The position numbers and the translations under genes were made by a program. Below, piece by piece: positions 11,191 to 24,745 of a DNA stretch of 64,000 bases (position 1 is its first letter; each line of letters opens with the position of its first letter). The notes beneath the pieces were generated by a model, which saw only the letters and a program-made list of their open reading frames with translations, was not told the origin of the DNA and searched no databases. The stretch is from Chrysomallon squamiferum (taxonomy: Eukaryota > Animalia > Mollusca): assembly GCA_012295275.1 (NCBI GenBank), contig CM022675.1, positions 7,130,001 through 7,194,000 of the forward strand, read 5' to 3'.

Positions 11191-11263
11191 TACACTTGAG
11201 AAACTATATCCCTCCTTCCCTTCCCTCCCCTCCTGAAAAATAACTCTGGATCCTTCGTTCCAG
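11191..11263 (+). other. Possible cassette exon, 73 nt; contains a stop as written, but is phase 1-1 and open if one A is removed from the A5 run
   Basis: ctttctctag| acceptor and CAG|gtaaat donor. Reads VHLRNYIPPSLPSPPEK* as written, or ...PPENNSGSFVP with one fewer A. Confidence 0.3.
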
Positions 11264-11567
11264 GTAAATGGTTAGCTGTTGACAGATGTTTTCAAGGTGC
11301 TGCATTTAGAGATGCATGTGATAAAAGTGAATGTTTCAGGATATTCAGTATTTTAACACCAGATAAAATTATCTCTGTTCATCTGTCTGTCTGTTTGTGT
11401 GCTGATGGACAATCAGCAGATGTGTTTGCTAATGGAGATAAATATTTATAAACATCAGAATTTTTCAGTTCTTGTAGATGTTGCTGAAAGCATGTGCATG
11501 CATGTAGGTCTGGAGATTGCAAAGTTTGGTCATGTACACACTATATATTCCTACATACATGCATGCA

Positions 11568-11642
<75 letters not shown>

Positions 11643-12904
11643 AAATACAAACATAACAAAATTCACTCCATTTCCATGGGAAACTAAATCGTGAAATTAA
11701 AACAAAATATAAATCAAAAACTTCTTGATAGACTGAGCATGTTTTGAAATGAACTACAAAGAACAAGTCACCAGTAGGTTTGAAAGGTAAGCTATTTGGA
11801 GAATACACAGTTTGTTTTATTTTTATTTGTAAAAATATGTGTTGTATTGAGTTTGTGTGAATGTTACTGTCTGTATTGTGTTTGTTGTTGTGTATGTGTA
11901 TAATACTGTATATATTTTACTGGATCAGTACCATTATGAATATGTTTTTACCTGTATGACATTTGTTTTTTATTATATATGTATTGTGTGGTGTGTATGT
12001 GTGTGTGTGAGAGAGTTTTTGCATACGTGTGTTTATATGTCTGATTATATGTAGTATATGTTTATTTATTTTTTTTATTTTAAAATATTTTACTATCATT
12101 AAAGTACAGATGCAAACACGAAAATATTTCATTCTTGAATTATTAAAATGTTTACATTATTGGATGTATCACATTTTATTTATAATATTATAATTTTCTC
12201 TTTCTTTTCTTTTAATTCTATTTTAATTAAAAATTTGTCTAATACATTTTCATTAGCTTAAAAAAAAAAAAAAAAAAAAAAATTCATTGTTTTAATTTTA
12301 AAAGGAAAAAAAAAAAAAAAAACATTCCAAGCCTCTCACCCACGCACATTTCAAAAGTCACCAGTTTTGTCACCCAGATTATAACACACCCACCTAATTA
12401 CATCACTTCACCTCCATCTTTATTTCTTTTTTTTTTAATAATTTGCACAAGACAAACAAGGGAGATAACTTCCCATATTTGTAATCTCTTCACACTAAAG
12501 AGTTCAGTTTGACTTGCACCTTTCGTGTATGCACAGCACACACACACTTTGTTTACAATTCAAACGCTCCAAATATCTGTCTGTTTGTCTGTCTGTCTCC
12601 TATTTTGGGCACGATTCAGTTGTTTACATTCTCCTTCTGCGCTGAAAAATGTCACTGGAGAAAAATTAAGTGACGTGTAAATAACACACATGTAATATAT
12701 TGTCTGTATCTGTCGAACACAAGTGAATATTCACAGTATATTGTATTTCTGTCTAGACGCATTGACACGTACGTTCTTTATTGATTTCGTTTTGTAACTG
12801 TATGTGCGATGATTAAAATAAGAATGCTCCTTAATGGAAAGTAAATATTCTTTTTATTAGAAAATCAATTCGAAGCCACTGTGTAGACTGATGTTGTGGT
12901 AAAT

Positions 12905-13078
12905 AAAAATGCTGATGTTGCAGATCTTTTGAAATGATGTTTTTGAAAAATTTTGTTAAATTTTTAAATGATTAAGTTGTCATAAATGTAAACAAAAATG
13001 TTGATGTTGCAGATCTTTTGAAATGATGTTTTTGAAAATTTTATTAAGTTTTTAATGATTAAGTTGTCACAAATGTAA
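12905..13078. repeat. ~90-bp tandem duplication
   Basis: aaaaatg(c/t)tgatgttgcagatcttttgaaatgatgtttttgaaaa...gattaagttgtca(t/c)aaatgtaa occurs twice. Confidence 0.9.
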
Positions 13079-13296
13079 GTTTAAACATGACTTTTTAATT
13101 TTATTTTATTATTATTATTTTTTTTTTTTGCATATTTTTAAAAATATTTTCTTATTTTTGTTCTTTTCCCCTGTAATAGTGCTTCTAAATTATTTAAGAT
13201 TATTAAGAAAAGTAATTGTTCTAAAAGAGATTAACTGAAAATGATTTTACATGTAATAAAGTGTTTTAAAGTAGCAATGGTTTATATACTTACAAT

Positions 13297-13334
<38 letters not shown>

Positions 13335-13758
13335 CATTATCTCTAAAATAAAGTTGTTAGGAAATGTTTCATTATATAAAATGTAAAATTATAATAAATA
13401 GTAAGTGAAAATACATTTCATAGTTTGTGAGCATCAGAGTTGAATAACAAAAAGATTGTCAGATTGTCAAAAATAGAAAACAACTAAAACAATTATTGTT
13501 TGCTTGTTAATTATTGTAAAGGGTAATAAAATTTAGAAATATTTTTTTTTACATTTCTCATGATCATTATTTTTTTTTTTCTCATAGTTTCTGATCATTT
13601 TTGTTATTGTTATTATTATCATCATTATTACTGTTATTATAATTATATTATTATCATTATTGTTATTGTTATTATAATCATTATCATTATTGTTACTGGT
13701 GTTGTTTTCTTTTTCTTTTTCTTCTTATTCATTATAACTTTATTATTATCATTATTAC

Positions 13759-13800
<42 letters not shown>

Positions 13801-13879
13801 GTATGCATTATTATTATTATATATTATTGCTTAAGTCAAACTTTATGAGATATTGATTCTCTCTTCTTATTCTTCTTAT

Positions 13880-13924
<45 letters not shown>

Positions 13925-14477
13925 AGTCAAACTTTCTGAGATATTGATTCTCTCTCTCTTTCTCTATTTCCTATCTTTGCTTTATAATTTACAAAGATCT
14001 ACAAAGAAGTTAAATCATCCACTATTTCTTGATATCAGTTCTTCATTATCATATTTTAAAAAGAAAATGCAACCAAAATTTAAATCTTTACTCTGTTTTA
14101 AAATGTTAATAAACAGAATGTCCCTAAATAACATAACAAACAGACACAGGTGTGTGGGTAGTCAAATTCACTTTTACCTGTAAAGTTAAGCATTTTTTTT
14201 TAATTAAGGTAAATATCAGGTGACAACAAGATGGCTTACTTAATACAGGTGAATGAGGTAAATGTTTTAGATTTCTTCTTTTCTTCTTTTTTCTTAGATT
14301 TTTTTTTTTTTAAAGAAAAAGTAAATTAAATAAATAAACCAGCTGCTTTTGAAAGATGACATTAATTGTTTAGTCAGGTAATTTAGTTTTTGTATTCATT
14401 TCTTTTTTTCTTTTTAAGACAGTTTTGTTTAATCCTGTATAGTGTTTCACACAGGAGAGATCTGAAATTTAGTTTTA

Positions 14478-14722
14478 TTATTATTACTATTATTATTATT
14501 ATTGTTATTATTATTATTATTATTATCATTGTTATTATTATTATTATCATTGTTATTATTATTATATCATTGTTATTATTATTATTATTACTATTATTAG
14601 TAGTAGTAGTAGTAGTATTACTATTATTATTATTATCATTATTATCATTATTATTATTATTATTATTATTACTATTACTATTATTATTATTATTATTATT
14701 ATTATCATTATTATTATTATTA

Positions 14723-14765
<43 letters not shown>

Positions 14766-14902
14766 TATCATCATCATTATTATTATTTATGATTATTATT
14801 ATTTCATTATTATTATTATTTTATTACTATTACTATTACTATTTTATTATTATTATCATTGCTATTATCATCATCTTCATCATCATCATTATTATTATAA
14901 TT

Positions 14903-14933
<31 letters not shown>

Positions 14934-15018
14934 TTCATTATTATTATTTTATTACTATTAGTATTTTATTATTATTATTATTGCTGTTATCATCATCATC
15001 ATTATTATTATTATTATT

Positions 15019-15062
<44 letters not shown>
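14478..15062. repeat. Long (ATT)n-type microsatellite, representative of many ATT, AGT, CA, GA, ATAC, TCTG and TCTA tracts across the window
   Basis: Direct inspection; source of the spurious poly-L/I/Y ORFs. Confidence 0.95.
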
Positions 15063-15065
<3 letters not shown>

Positions 15066-16409
15066 TGTATCTTAAACTGAATCTAAAATACAAAATTAAT
15101 AAGTTATTTCAACAAATAATCATTACAACTCAATTCACAGGAGACATATTTAAAATCTGTTACTGTCACTGAAAGAGTTTAATTCCCTCCATACGTCAAA
15201 CTTTTATTCTTGTAACTTCTTACATCTACATTTTCTGTTCTTTCTCTTCATTGCAAGAGTTAATCCACTTTTCATTATCCATTTTAAACACGCATAAGAT
15301 TTCTTTTCATCTCTGCAAAGGTTAATGCCTTCAGCCATTCTGTTCTGCAAACTAGTTTTTGTCAGTACAAGGGTTAACAGTTATCTGTCTTCGCCATTAA
15401 CATGTCTACAATTTGTTCTTATCAGTTCAGGGGTTAATGACATGTACCCTAACCCCCTCTAGTACTTAATATTTTTTTATCACCTACTTGAGTTTATGTA
15501 AAACCAATGAAAACGAGATTTGTAGAAAATTGTAAGTGTATTTTAATATCCATTCAGTGTCAAGATATCAGTAATTTTGAATTTTTATATATTATTTGAA
15601 AACCTCTCAAAGTCGTTTATATATGTCAACGCTTTCATTGTTTGGTACTCAAAGGTATTATAGGTTCTGTACATTTCTTTAGAAAGTGTTGTCAATGTGG
15701 TTTTTTAGAATTTTCAGGGTGTTTTTGTTATTAAAATTATTATTGTTGTTATTATTGTTACTGTTATAGATATTATTATTACTACTACTACTACTATTAC
15801 AATTATTATTTTTATTTCTTTTATTATTATTCTTTTCCTGTTATTTTAGTTTTGTTATTATTATTATTACTATTATCATTACAACTGCTGCTATTAATAT
15901 TATTTTTTAAATGTTATTAGTATTGTTGTTATTATTATTGTCATTATTACTATGAATATTATTAGTTTTATTATTATTATTACTGTTACTAGTATTAGTA
16001 ATACTATCACTACCACTAGTTATTTTCATTCCTTTTATTATTATTATTATTGTTATTACTATTATTGTCATTATTACTGTTATTATTATTTATAATTGAT
16101 TATTATTATTATTATTATTATTGTTATCATCATCATTACCTTTATTATAATTCCAATTCTAATTATTGTTTACTTTTATTGTTGTTATTACAATTAATAT
16201 TACTTCTACTACTAATACAGTTATTATTATTTCAATTAATGTTTTTATTACTATTTTACTTGTTGGTATTATTATTATCATTACCATCATCATCATTTTA
16301 TTATTTTATTAGTACTACTTTTATTTTTATTACTCTTATATATTATTTATTTATTTATTTATTATTATTATTATTATTATCATCATCTTCATTAACACAC
16401 ACAAATACA

Positions 16410-16441
<32 letters not shown>

Positions 16442-16754
16442 TTACACAGTTGAATGAACATTACATGACAGCCCATATACCACAACTTGACGTAACATAC
16501 AGCACTTATTACACATCCACCATTTTCTCCGCACTATTTACGAGCTGTCATACTACTTGTGAATGAAAAGCAAGCACCAGAGGTTTAACCTCTGAGGTTA
16601 ATGTGCAGTGAGGTATGAGAACTGTGAATGCAGTTTAAGGTTGTTGTTTTTTTTTGTACCTGTAAGCAACACAGACCTTACCTGTGTTTGTATTGTTCTT
16701 CAACTGCAACGAAGAACAAGACATTTTTTTTTTTCTGTAGTTTTGTTGTTTCAG

Positions 16755-16802
16755 GACTTGAGATCGTTTTAAATTTGGATACTGAGGAATTATTACATGC
16801 AG
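16755..16802 (+). CDS. Internal exon, 48 nt, phase 1-1 (GLEIVLNLDTEELLHA)
   Basis: ttttgttgtttcag| acceptor, CAG|gtgagt donor; phase matches exon 8355..8415. Confidence 0.7.
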
Positions 16803-17530
16803 GTGAGTTTGTTTTTGCTGTATATGTGTATGATAAGGTTTGAATGAAGCTATGACAGAGGTTTGTGTGTGTTTAGATGTGGTAATCAAGTAATAGGTGA
16901 CACAAGCAAGGGCTTTTTGTAGTCGTGTTGAAGTTAAATTTAATTTGTTATTGCTGAGAGGTGACTGTGTTGGGTTTGTGTGTCTGTGTTTGTGTATGTG
17001 TTTATGAGTGTGTAGGTTTATATATGTAATTGTGTGGGGAGTGGGGGGGTGATGGTGTATGTGTGGGTGTTTCTGTATGTCTGTATGTTTTTTTGTCAGT
17101 GTTTGTATTTGCACATATAATTTATTTGTGTATATATGTATGCATATGTGTATATAATTGTATATATGTGTCTGTGTGTATATGTATGTTTAAATGAATG
17201 TTTGTACATGTTTTGTACATGTACTCATATTCACAAAGCACACACATTTGCATATAGATATCCAGTGTAATACTCATAGTATAACACACACGCAGACACA
17301 CAGACACACACATTCACATACATACATATACATATAATACATTTTTTTTTTTAAATGTTAATGAAATGGTACTAATTTAAATATATATATATATATAAAT
17401 AAATGAAAAAAATCAAATTAGAAATATCCTTATGGCATATTTAATGTAAGTATTAATTCAAAAAGTAATAAGTTTTTAAGATTAGAAAAAAAATTAAATT
17501 ACAGACACCTGGCATGTAAATAATTAATTA

Positions 17531-17575
<45 letters not shown>

Positions 17576-18017
17576 ATAAACCAAATCATTACAGCAATCT
17601 TGGTAACTTATAAAAAGATTAATTTTAGAAAGAAAAAAAAAGTAATAATTAAATAAATAAAAAATCTATTAAAAAATAAAACTCCAACATCTTCATTATC
17701 AAGCCAACAAAACATGTAACTGGGTTTTTTTAAATTTATTTTTTTATTATTAATCTTGTAACTCGGGTTTAAAGTGGTTATTGGGGGGGATAATTTTGTT
17801 TTTAATCTTTGTTTCCTCCCTCAAGAGATAAGCACCGGCTTGATTAAGTAGTCAGTAGAGTTTCTCTTTGATGTTTACAATCAGCTGATGAGGCATGGAT
17901 GGAGAAAAAATGTGACTTGTACCAGAGAAAAGCAACATAAGGCAAAAAAAAAAAAAAAAAAATTTTATTATTTGTTGAAAGAAGCATAGAAATTTTAAAT
18001 GTTTAAGATGTAGGAAG

Positions 18018-18097
<80 letters not shown>

Positions 18098-18813
18098 ACT
18101 TTATATATTTTAATTTATTTATTTATTATTATTATCAACATCATCATTATTATTATAGGTTTTTTTTTTAGTTTTTTTTAAATTTATAATTATTACTATT
18201 ATTTTTATTAGATTTATTATTATTATTATTATTATTTATTTATTTATTTTTTGTTGTGTGTTTTGATTAGTTTTTATTTCTGGACTGATTTTTGAAATTT
18301 AAAATCTTAAAATTTAATAATCAAAATAATGCATACAGACAAATACAGACACATACATAACTCACCCACACACAATCACACACAATCACAATACATATTC
18401 ACATGAACACATACACTCATACATACACATACATAACACACACAAATATACAAACATATGTACACACACACACAACACACTTACACAAATATACAAACAC
18501 ATATGCACACACAACACACACACATACACACACAATCACAATACAAACACATACACTGTACACACACACACAAATATACAAAACGTACACACACACACAA
18601 TATATATACAAACACATATGTACACACACACACACACATACACACACAATCACAATACATATTCACATGAACACATACAAATATACAAACACACATGTAC
18701 AAACACACACACACACACACTTACACAAATATACAAAAACATATGTACACACACAACACACTTACACAAACACACACACACATCACACCTAAGGTGCCTT
18801 TCATGCAGTAGGG

Positions 18814-18932
18814 TCACACAGACGGCCTCCATTCTCTTTTCTCAGTTGAGTTCAGTCTAACATGAACGACGAGATTTCCCCTCTTCAAACGCGAGTTCCC
18901 AGCCACAAGGACAGAGTTTGATGTTGTGAACA
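18814..18932 (-). CDS. Putative last coding exon of a minus-strand gene
   Basis: Minus-strand acceptor ctctttttttctcag|TG. In phase with 20609..20667 it reads (L)FTTSNSVLVAGNSRLKRGNLVVHVRLNSTEKREWRPSV*. GC-richer island among microsatellites. Confidence 0.5.
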
Positions 18933-19024
18933 CTGAGAAAAAAAGAGTCTGTAGTGGCCTCAACTGGCAAAGCTGAAGTAAAGAGGCAATTGAATTTAAT
19001 GGCGATTTGATTTCATTTTTCTTT

Positions 19025-19067
<43 letters not shown>

Positions 19068-20054
19068 GACTTTTTTTGACGGTTTGTTGAAGAGTGATAT
19101 AAGAGGAAGTAATCTGTAATGAAGAGTGGGGGGATTTTTACGGGGTGGGGGTTTTTGTTGGGGGAAAAGAGAAAATAAGAAATGGAAAAAAAGATAGATT
19201 AATGGTGATATTGTAAATATATGTCTTAAAACAATGATGAACAAGGTTAAAAAGATAATTATAATAATAATGAAAATATTAAAAGAGAGAGAGACAGATA
19301 GAAAGAGAAAGAATGATGGAAAAAAGAGACTGATAGCTATAAAATGATTTATTTGTATCTTAAACTAAAAAATACAGTATAAATAAACAAAAATGTCACG
19401 AAAACTTAAGAAAAATAAGACAATGTTGTAATTATTTACAAATTTTGTTTTTTTTTATAAATAAAAAAAAAATAATAATAATGAATCAAAATTACTTATC
19501 CAGTATTTTACCTCATCAAAATAAAAAATAAAAACTTTAATAAAAAAAATTATTAAAAACTTTTAAAAAACAAAAATAAAAATTTTACAAAATAAAAATA
19601 TATAACAAATTTCTAAAAAAATAAAAATAAAAATAAAGGAAAGGAAAAAGAAACACAAATGAAAAATTAAATAGCTGAATGGGTTGTTTTTTTTGTCTGT
19701 AACATTTCTATCTAAACACACTTGAGTATTTCTTTTTATTTATCTTGTTTTAAATTCATATGCAGTGGAGCATTGCGTGAATGCTTTGTGTGAGTTCACT
19801 TACAGTGTATTTATTTTTTTATTCTCTTCTTTTTAAACCAGCTCATTCACACACTTTGCTTGAATGTCAACCATCCAGGTATCCTCAATTACTTCTTCTT
19901 CTTTTTTATTTTCTTTTTTTTTAAATTGGATATACGATTTTACATCTTTTTTTTTTTTTTTTTTTTTTTTTTTGTTTTTTTTTTTTTTTTTTCAGAAAAT
20001 TTGTATGAGAATGTTTCTGTATATGTATAGTATATATAGAAATGAGTGTGTTTG

Positions 20055-20101
<47 letters not shown>

Positions 20102-20286
20102 ATGTTCCTGTGCATGTCTCTATGCATGCATTTTATGTGTGTGTGTGTGTGTATATATATATATTTTTGTGTGTGTATGTATATATATATATATGTATAT
20201 GTGTCTGTGTACATGTGTATGTATGTATGTATGTTTGTTGTATATATGTGTGAATATATGTATGTGTGTGTGTATGTGTGTGTGTA

Positions 20287-20319
<33 letters not shown>

Positions 20320-20608
20320 GTGTATGTATATGTTATGTGTGTATCTATGTATAAATGTATATATGTGTGTGAGTTTAACATATGTTTGTGTGTGTGTGTG
20401 TGTGTGTATGTATCCATATGTGTGTAATATATATGTGTATATATGAATGTGTTTAACACACACACTTACCAACCTACACACACACACACACACAAACTGA
20501 GATAAAATAAATAAATAAAAAATAAACCTACAAGAAACCAAAGATCGTATAAATTTCAATACTTGTGTATTGCATTTCCTCTTTCCCCTGTGTTTGTGTA
20601 TTACTCAC

Positions 20609-20667
20609 AGATCTGAGTCTTTTCCTCGATTAATCTACATCCTCTTGAACATCCGTCAGAATCCACC
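20609..20667 (-). CDS. Putative internal exon (59 nt) of the minus-strand gene
   Basis: Minus-strand tttttttaatgcag| acceptor and TCT|gtgagt donor; one stop-free frame (VDSDGCSRGCRLIEEKTQI). Confidence 0.6.
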
Positions 20668-20983
20668 CTGCATTAAAAAAACACAATTAAAACAGTCTGC
20701 AACTCAGTGTGTCTATTGTATGGGGTGTAATACACACTGTATGCGACACGGAAATGTAAAGATGTGATAGGATGGTTATTGTATGGAGGGGGACGTAATA
20801 TAAGATGTATGTGATATGTAATACAGTGTTGTATAAATATAAATCTGATGTAGTGGTTAGGTATTGGAATTATTGTTGTCAGATTGTGGGATCAAATCTA
20901 GATAGATTAAATATATATATATACATATATATATTTTTTGTTGTTGTTTTTTGAAGAGCATTGTGTGTGTCTGTGTGTGTGTG

Positions 20984-21015
<32 letters not shown>

Positions 21016-21240
21016 TGTATGTATATATATATGTATATGTATGTATGTATATATATGTATGTATGTATGTATATAAAATGTATCTTGGATTAAAGATGGC
21101 AGCCACCATGCATTTGCTTTAGGCCTATGATATTATTATCATACTTAATTATTAGGAAAGGTTGGTGTGTATGATATTTTATAACCATAAATCCATAATA
21201 TAGATTAAGAATGTACTGAGACTGATGTTAATATTTTGAG

Positions 21241-21390
21241 TAACTATAGAGGTCATAATTTACCTGCATCTATACTGACTATTATAGAGGTCATGATTTA
21301 GACTTTACCTGAATCTATAGTGACCATTAAAGAGGTCAAGATTTTACCTGTATCTATAGTGACCACTATTGAGGTCAAGATTTAGACTTC
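21241..21390. repeat. 4-copy ~38-45 bp minisatellite containing AGGTCA and TACCTG
   Basis: gaggtca...tttacctg.atctata.tgac units. Confidence 0.8.
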
Positions 21391-21482
21391 ATTTATGTCA
21401 CAGTAACAAATTTCTGATTTATTTTTGTATCAATCCAGCATGTTTTATGGGTATCTTTTGCTTCTTCCATAATTCAAATTTC

Positions 21483-21500
21483 TGCCACCAGATGGCAGTA
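21483..21500 (+). promoter_or_regulatory. CTCF-like motif TGCCACCAGATGGCAGTA
   Basis: Close to the bilaterian CTCF core CCAC/GC/TAGA/GG/TGGC; identical 12-mer at 23702. Confidence 0.5.
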
Positions 21501-23106
21501 CTACCCATTTATCAATGAAGAGCCTAAATAAGATTTATTTTTCTTTTACTTCTGACATGTTCAGTATTCAAGTTTATGTGAACTAATTCAGTCAGATTAC
21601 TTCTTGTTTTAAAAATACCAGCTGGTCTGGTTAGTGATATCAACATTATGTCTGTTAATTGATTTGTTTTTGGATTTTTTTTTTTTATTCCATTTTCAAA
21701 AACAACGAGATTTACTTGCTATAACTTTTATAACTTTTACAAGGGCAGATTCAGGGGAGGGTTATCTTGGCGTTTTTTTCCTTCCCTTGTTTTTTTGTCC
21801 ATTAATTTTGGGAAAATGTTTTATTTTTATTTTTTTAAGGTTTTTATATATATATATATTTTTTTAAAAAAGTTTATTATTGTTGTTAATATTTAAATTT
21901 TTTTTTTTTTTTTTTTTTTTTTTATTATTATTATACTGAACAGTTTGAAATGCTTACATTGTCAAAACCAACAACATTTAAATAATGAAACTCAGAGCAG
22001 ATCTGGGGGGAGGGTTTTTGAAAAGTGTCCTCTCCTACTTTTGCATCCATTAAATTATTATCTTCAAAATTGAAAAAAATTAAAATTTCAAAAATTCAAA
22101 AAATTTAAAATTTCAAAAAATATATATATATATATTAGCTGACCAGGCCTAATTGTTTAAATTTTCGAAATACTTTAAAAACATTAAAATTGAATTTTTA
22201 AATTATTATTTAATTTGATAAAGTAGATTTAGGGAGGGGGGAATGTAACTGGCTGTCATAGCATATATCTACCCCCCCCAACCCCGTTTTTGTAAAAATT
22301 GATTTGTTTTCATCATAAATAGATTCTTATCATTTTGGCTGACATGTTTGGATATATTTTGGATTTCATATTCATTTTAATATAATACAATTTACTTATC
22401 AAGGGCTATGTATGAGGGTTGGGGGGTGTCTCTAAGGATACATCTGTCTCTCTAGATTTCCTGGGCAAATTTATTTATGTTCTTTATCAATAAATTCATT
22501 TAGACCCACCAATTTTTGTTTCTCTATAATTAAACTCAAACCATATTGAAAATTGCAACAACAACAACTACAACAACAACAACAACAACACCCCTCTTTA
22601 ATGAAATTCTGGGACTGGTCCCTTATTACATTTGTGTTAAAGAAATTTATTTTTATTTTTTTTTTTAAATTTGGTTTTAATTTTCCAAAGTCTTTACCTA
22701 ATTAAATGAAAACGAGAAATGTCCTGACAGATGTGTGTTTTGTTCAACATCTGTTACAAACATGACCAAATGTTGATACTGAATATTCCATTCCGACATC
22801 TGACTCTTATCCTATTTATTCTGAAATGAGGGATTACATTACGTTTTTTTTACCTCATTTTAAGTAACCTCATTTTAGATAACCTGATTTAAAAAAAAAA
22901 AAAGATAAATGATTTAAAAGTTTAATAATTTCCTTGGGCTTCAGTTTAATAATGATAATAATTGTGATGATGATGTTAAAAATAATAATAATAACAATAA
23001 TGTAATAATAATAGTATTAATAGGATAAATAGTAGTAACAGTAGTAGTAGTAACAGTTGTAGTAGTAGTAGTAACAGTAGTAGTAGTAGAAGTAGTAGTA
23101 GTAGTA

Positions 23107-23140
<34 letters not shown>

Positions 23141-23701
23141 AAGAAGTAGTAGTAGTAGAAGTAGTAGTAGTAAGTAGTAGAGTAGTAGTAGTAGAAATAG
23201 AAGAAGAAGAAGTAGTAGTAGAAGAAGAAGAAGTAGTAGTAGTAGTAGTAGTAGAAGAAGTAGAAGTAGTAAATAATGATAGTAGCAGTAGCTGTAGTAA
23301 TAGTGATAATAATAATAATAATTAATAATAATAATAATGAAAAAAATAATAATAATAATAATAATTATTATTATTATTATAAAAAATCAATAATAGTAAT
23401 GAATTACTATTAACAACGACAACAGTAACATCCATATTTAAAAATAAAGAAATCACAAACACAGAGAAAGATGCTAGGAAAAATAAACCAGGAAATTAAG
23501 TGGATCTGTTTAAGTGGAACATTTGTGAAACATTAACACCAGACACAAGTTTTAAACAAAATGGAGTTGAAAACCAGAAAAATGATACAGAAGAACACAG
23601 TTAACAGTTTAAGTAAAAACAAAACACATGTTATAAACTCCATTGGCTTCACTTACAAAACAGACAAACATATTTTCGCTTTAAGGAAAACATTACATCT
23701 A

Positions 23702-23715
23702 CCACCAGATGGCTG
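23702..23715 (+). promoter_or_regulatory. CTCF-like motif CCACCAGATGGCTG
   Basis: Same 12-mer and orientation as at 21485. Confidence 0.45.
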
Positions 23716-24465
23716 AAAAAAGTCCAGATGTGACAGAAAAAAAGAAAAAAAAAATGGTTGGAAGAGGATGGAGTAGGGGGGTGGTTTAGAAGAGTTATTT
23801 TTGAATATGTGGAAATAATAGTAATGATGATGATGATAACAGTTATTGTAGTAACAGTAGTAACAGTAATATAAATGATAATAGTAAAAGTAGTAATAGT
23901 AGTAGTAATAGTATCAATAATAATAATTGTTATAGTAATTGTAATAATGATGATGATAATAATAGTAATAAAATAGTATTAATAATAGTAATAATAATAG
24001 TGATAATAGTAATTGTAATGATGATGATAATAATAGTAATAGTAACACTAATAAAATATTAATAATAATAATGATAGTAATAATAATAGTAATAACCATA
24101 GTAATAGTAATAATAATAGTAATAGTAATAGTAGTAGTAATAATAATAGTAATAATAAAAACAATAAAGAGTAAAGGATACTTATAAAATTTTAAAAAAA
24201 AAAAAAAAACCCCAGAAAATATCAAGTAAACAATAAATAATAATAAAGTAAAGAAACAAAATTCATTATTTAAAAAAAAAAGAAAAAAAAAAAAAAAAAA
24301 TTAAGACAAAAAGAAGTAAATAAAAACTGTGACAGAAGTATATTGTAAATGTATTAGCTCCATGTTGTGAATGTGTAAATAAATTGTAGTTCAGTGTATG
24401 TTTATTGTAAAAACATTAACTGTTCACTGGAAAATAGTTTATAGACATGATAGCCAAAGCAGGGC

Positions 24466-24511
24466 CAGTCCTTTATGGTTTAAACAGATAGAACCTTTAA
24501 ATCTTTTTAAA

Positions 24512-24542
<31 letters not shown>

Positions 24543-24745
24543 TATTATTGTTAAATTAAAAATAAAAAAAATAACAGTCCTTTATGGTTTAAACATACTA
24601 AACCTTTAAATCTTTTTAAATTTAAAAAAAAAAAAATATTGTTAATATAAAAATAAAAAATAGCAGTCGTTTATGGTTTAAACATACAAAAGCTTTAAAT
24701 CTTTTTAAATTTAAAAAAAAAAAAAAAAATCATTGTTAAAATAAA
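24466..24745. repeat. 3-copy ~90-110 bp tandem repeat with variable poly-A
   Basis: cagtc(c/g)tttatggtttaaaca...tttaaatctttttaaatt.(A)n...attgttaa at 24466, 24575 and 24664. Confidence 0.9.

Noticed and set aside
11732-11786. Possible exon ending AAG|gtaagc
   Set aside because: All three frames from the nearest plausible acceptor contain stops.
21102-21110. Perfect Kozak GCCACCATG
   Set aside because: Followed by a stop after four codons (ATG CAT TTG CTT TAG).
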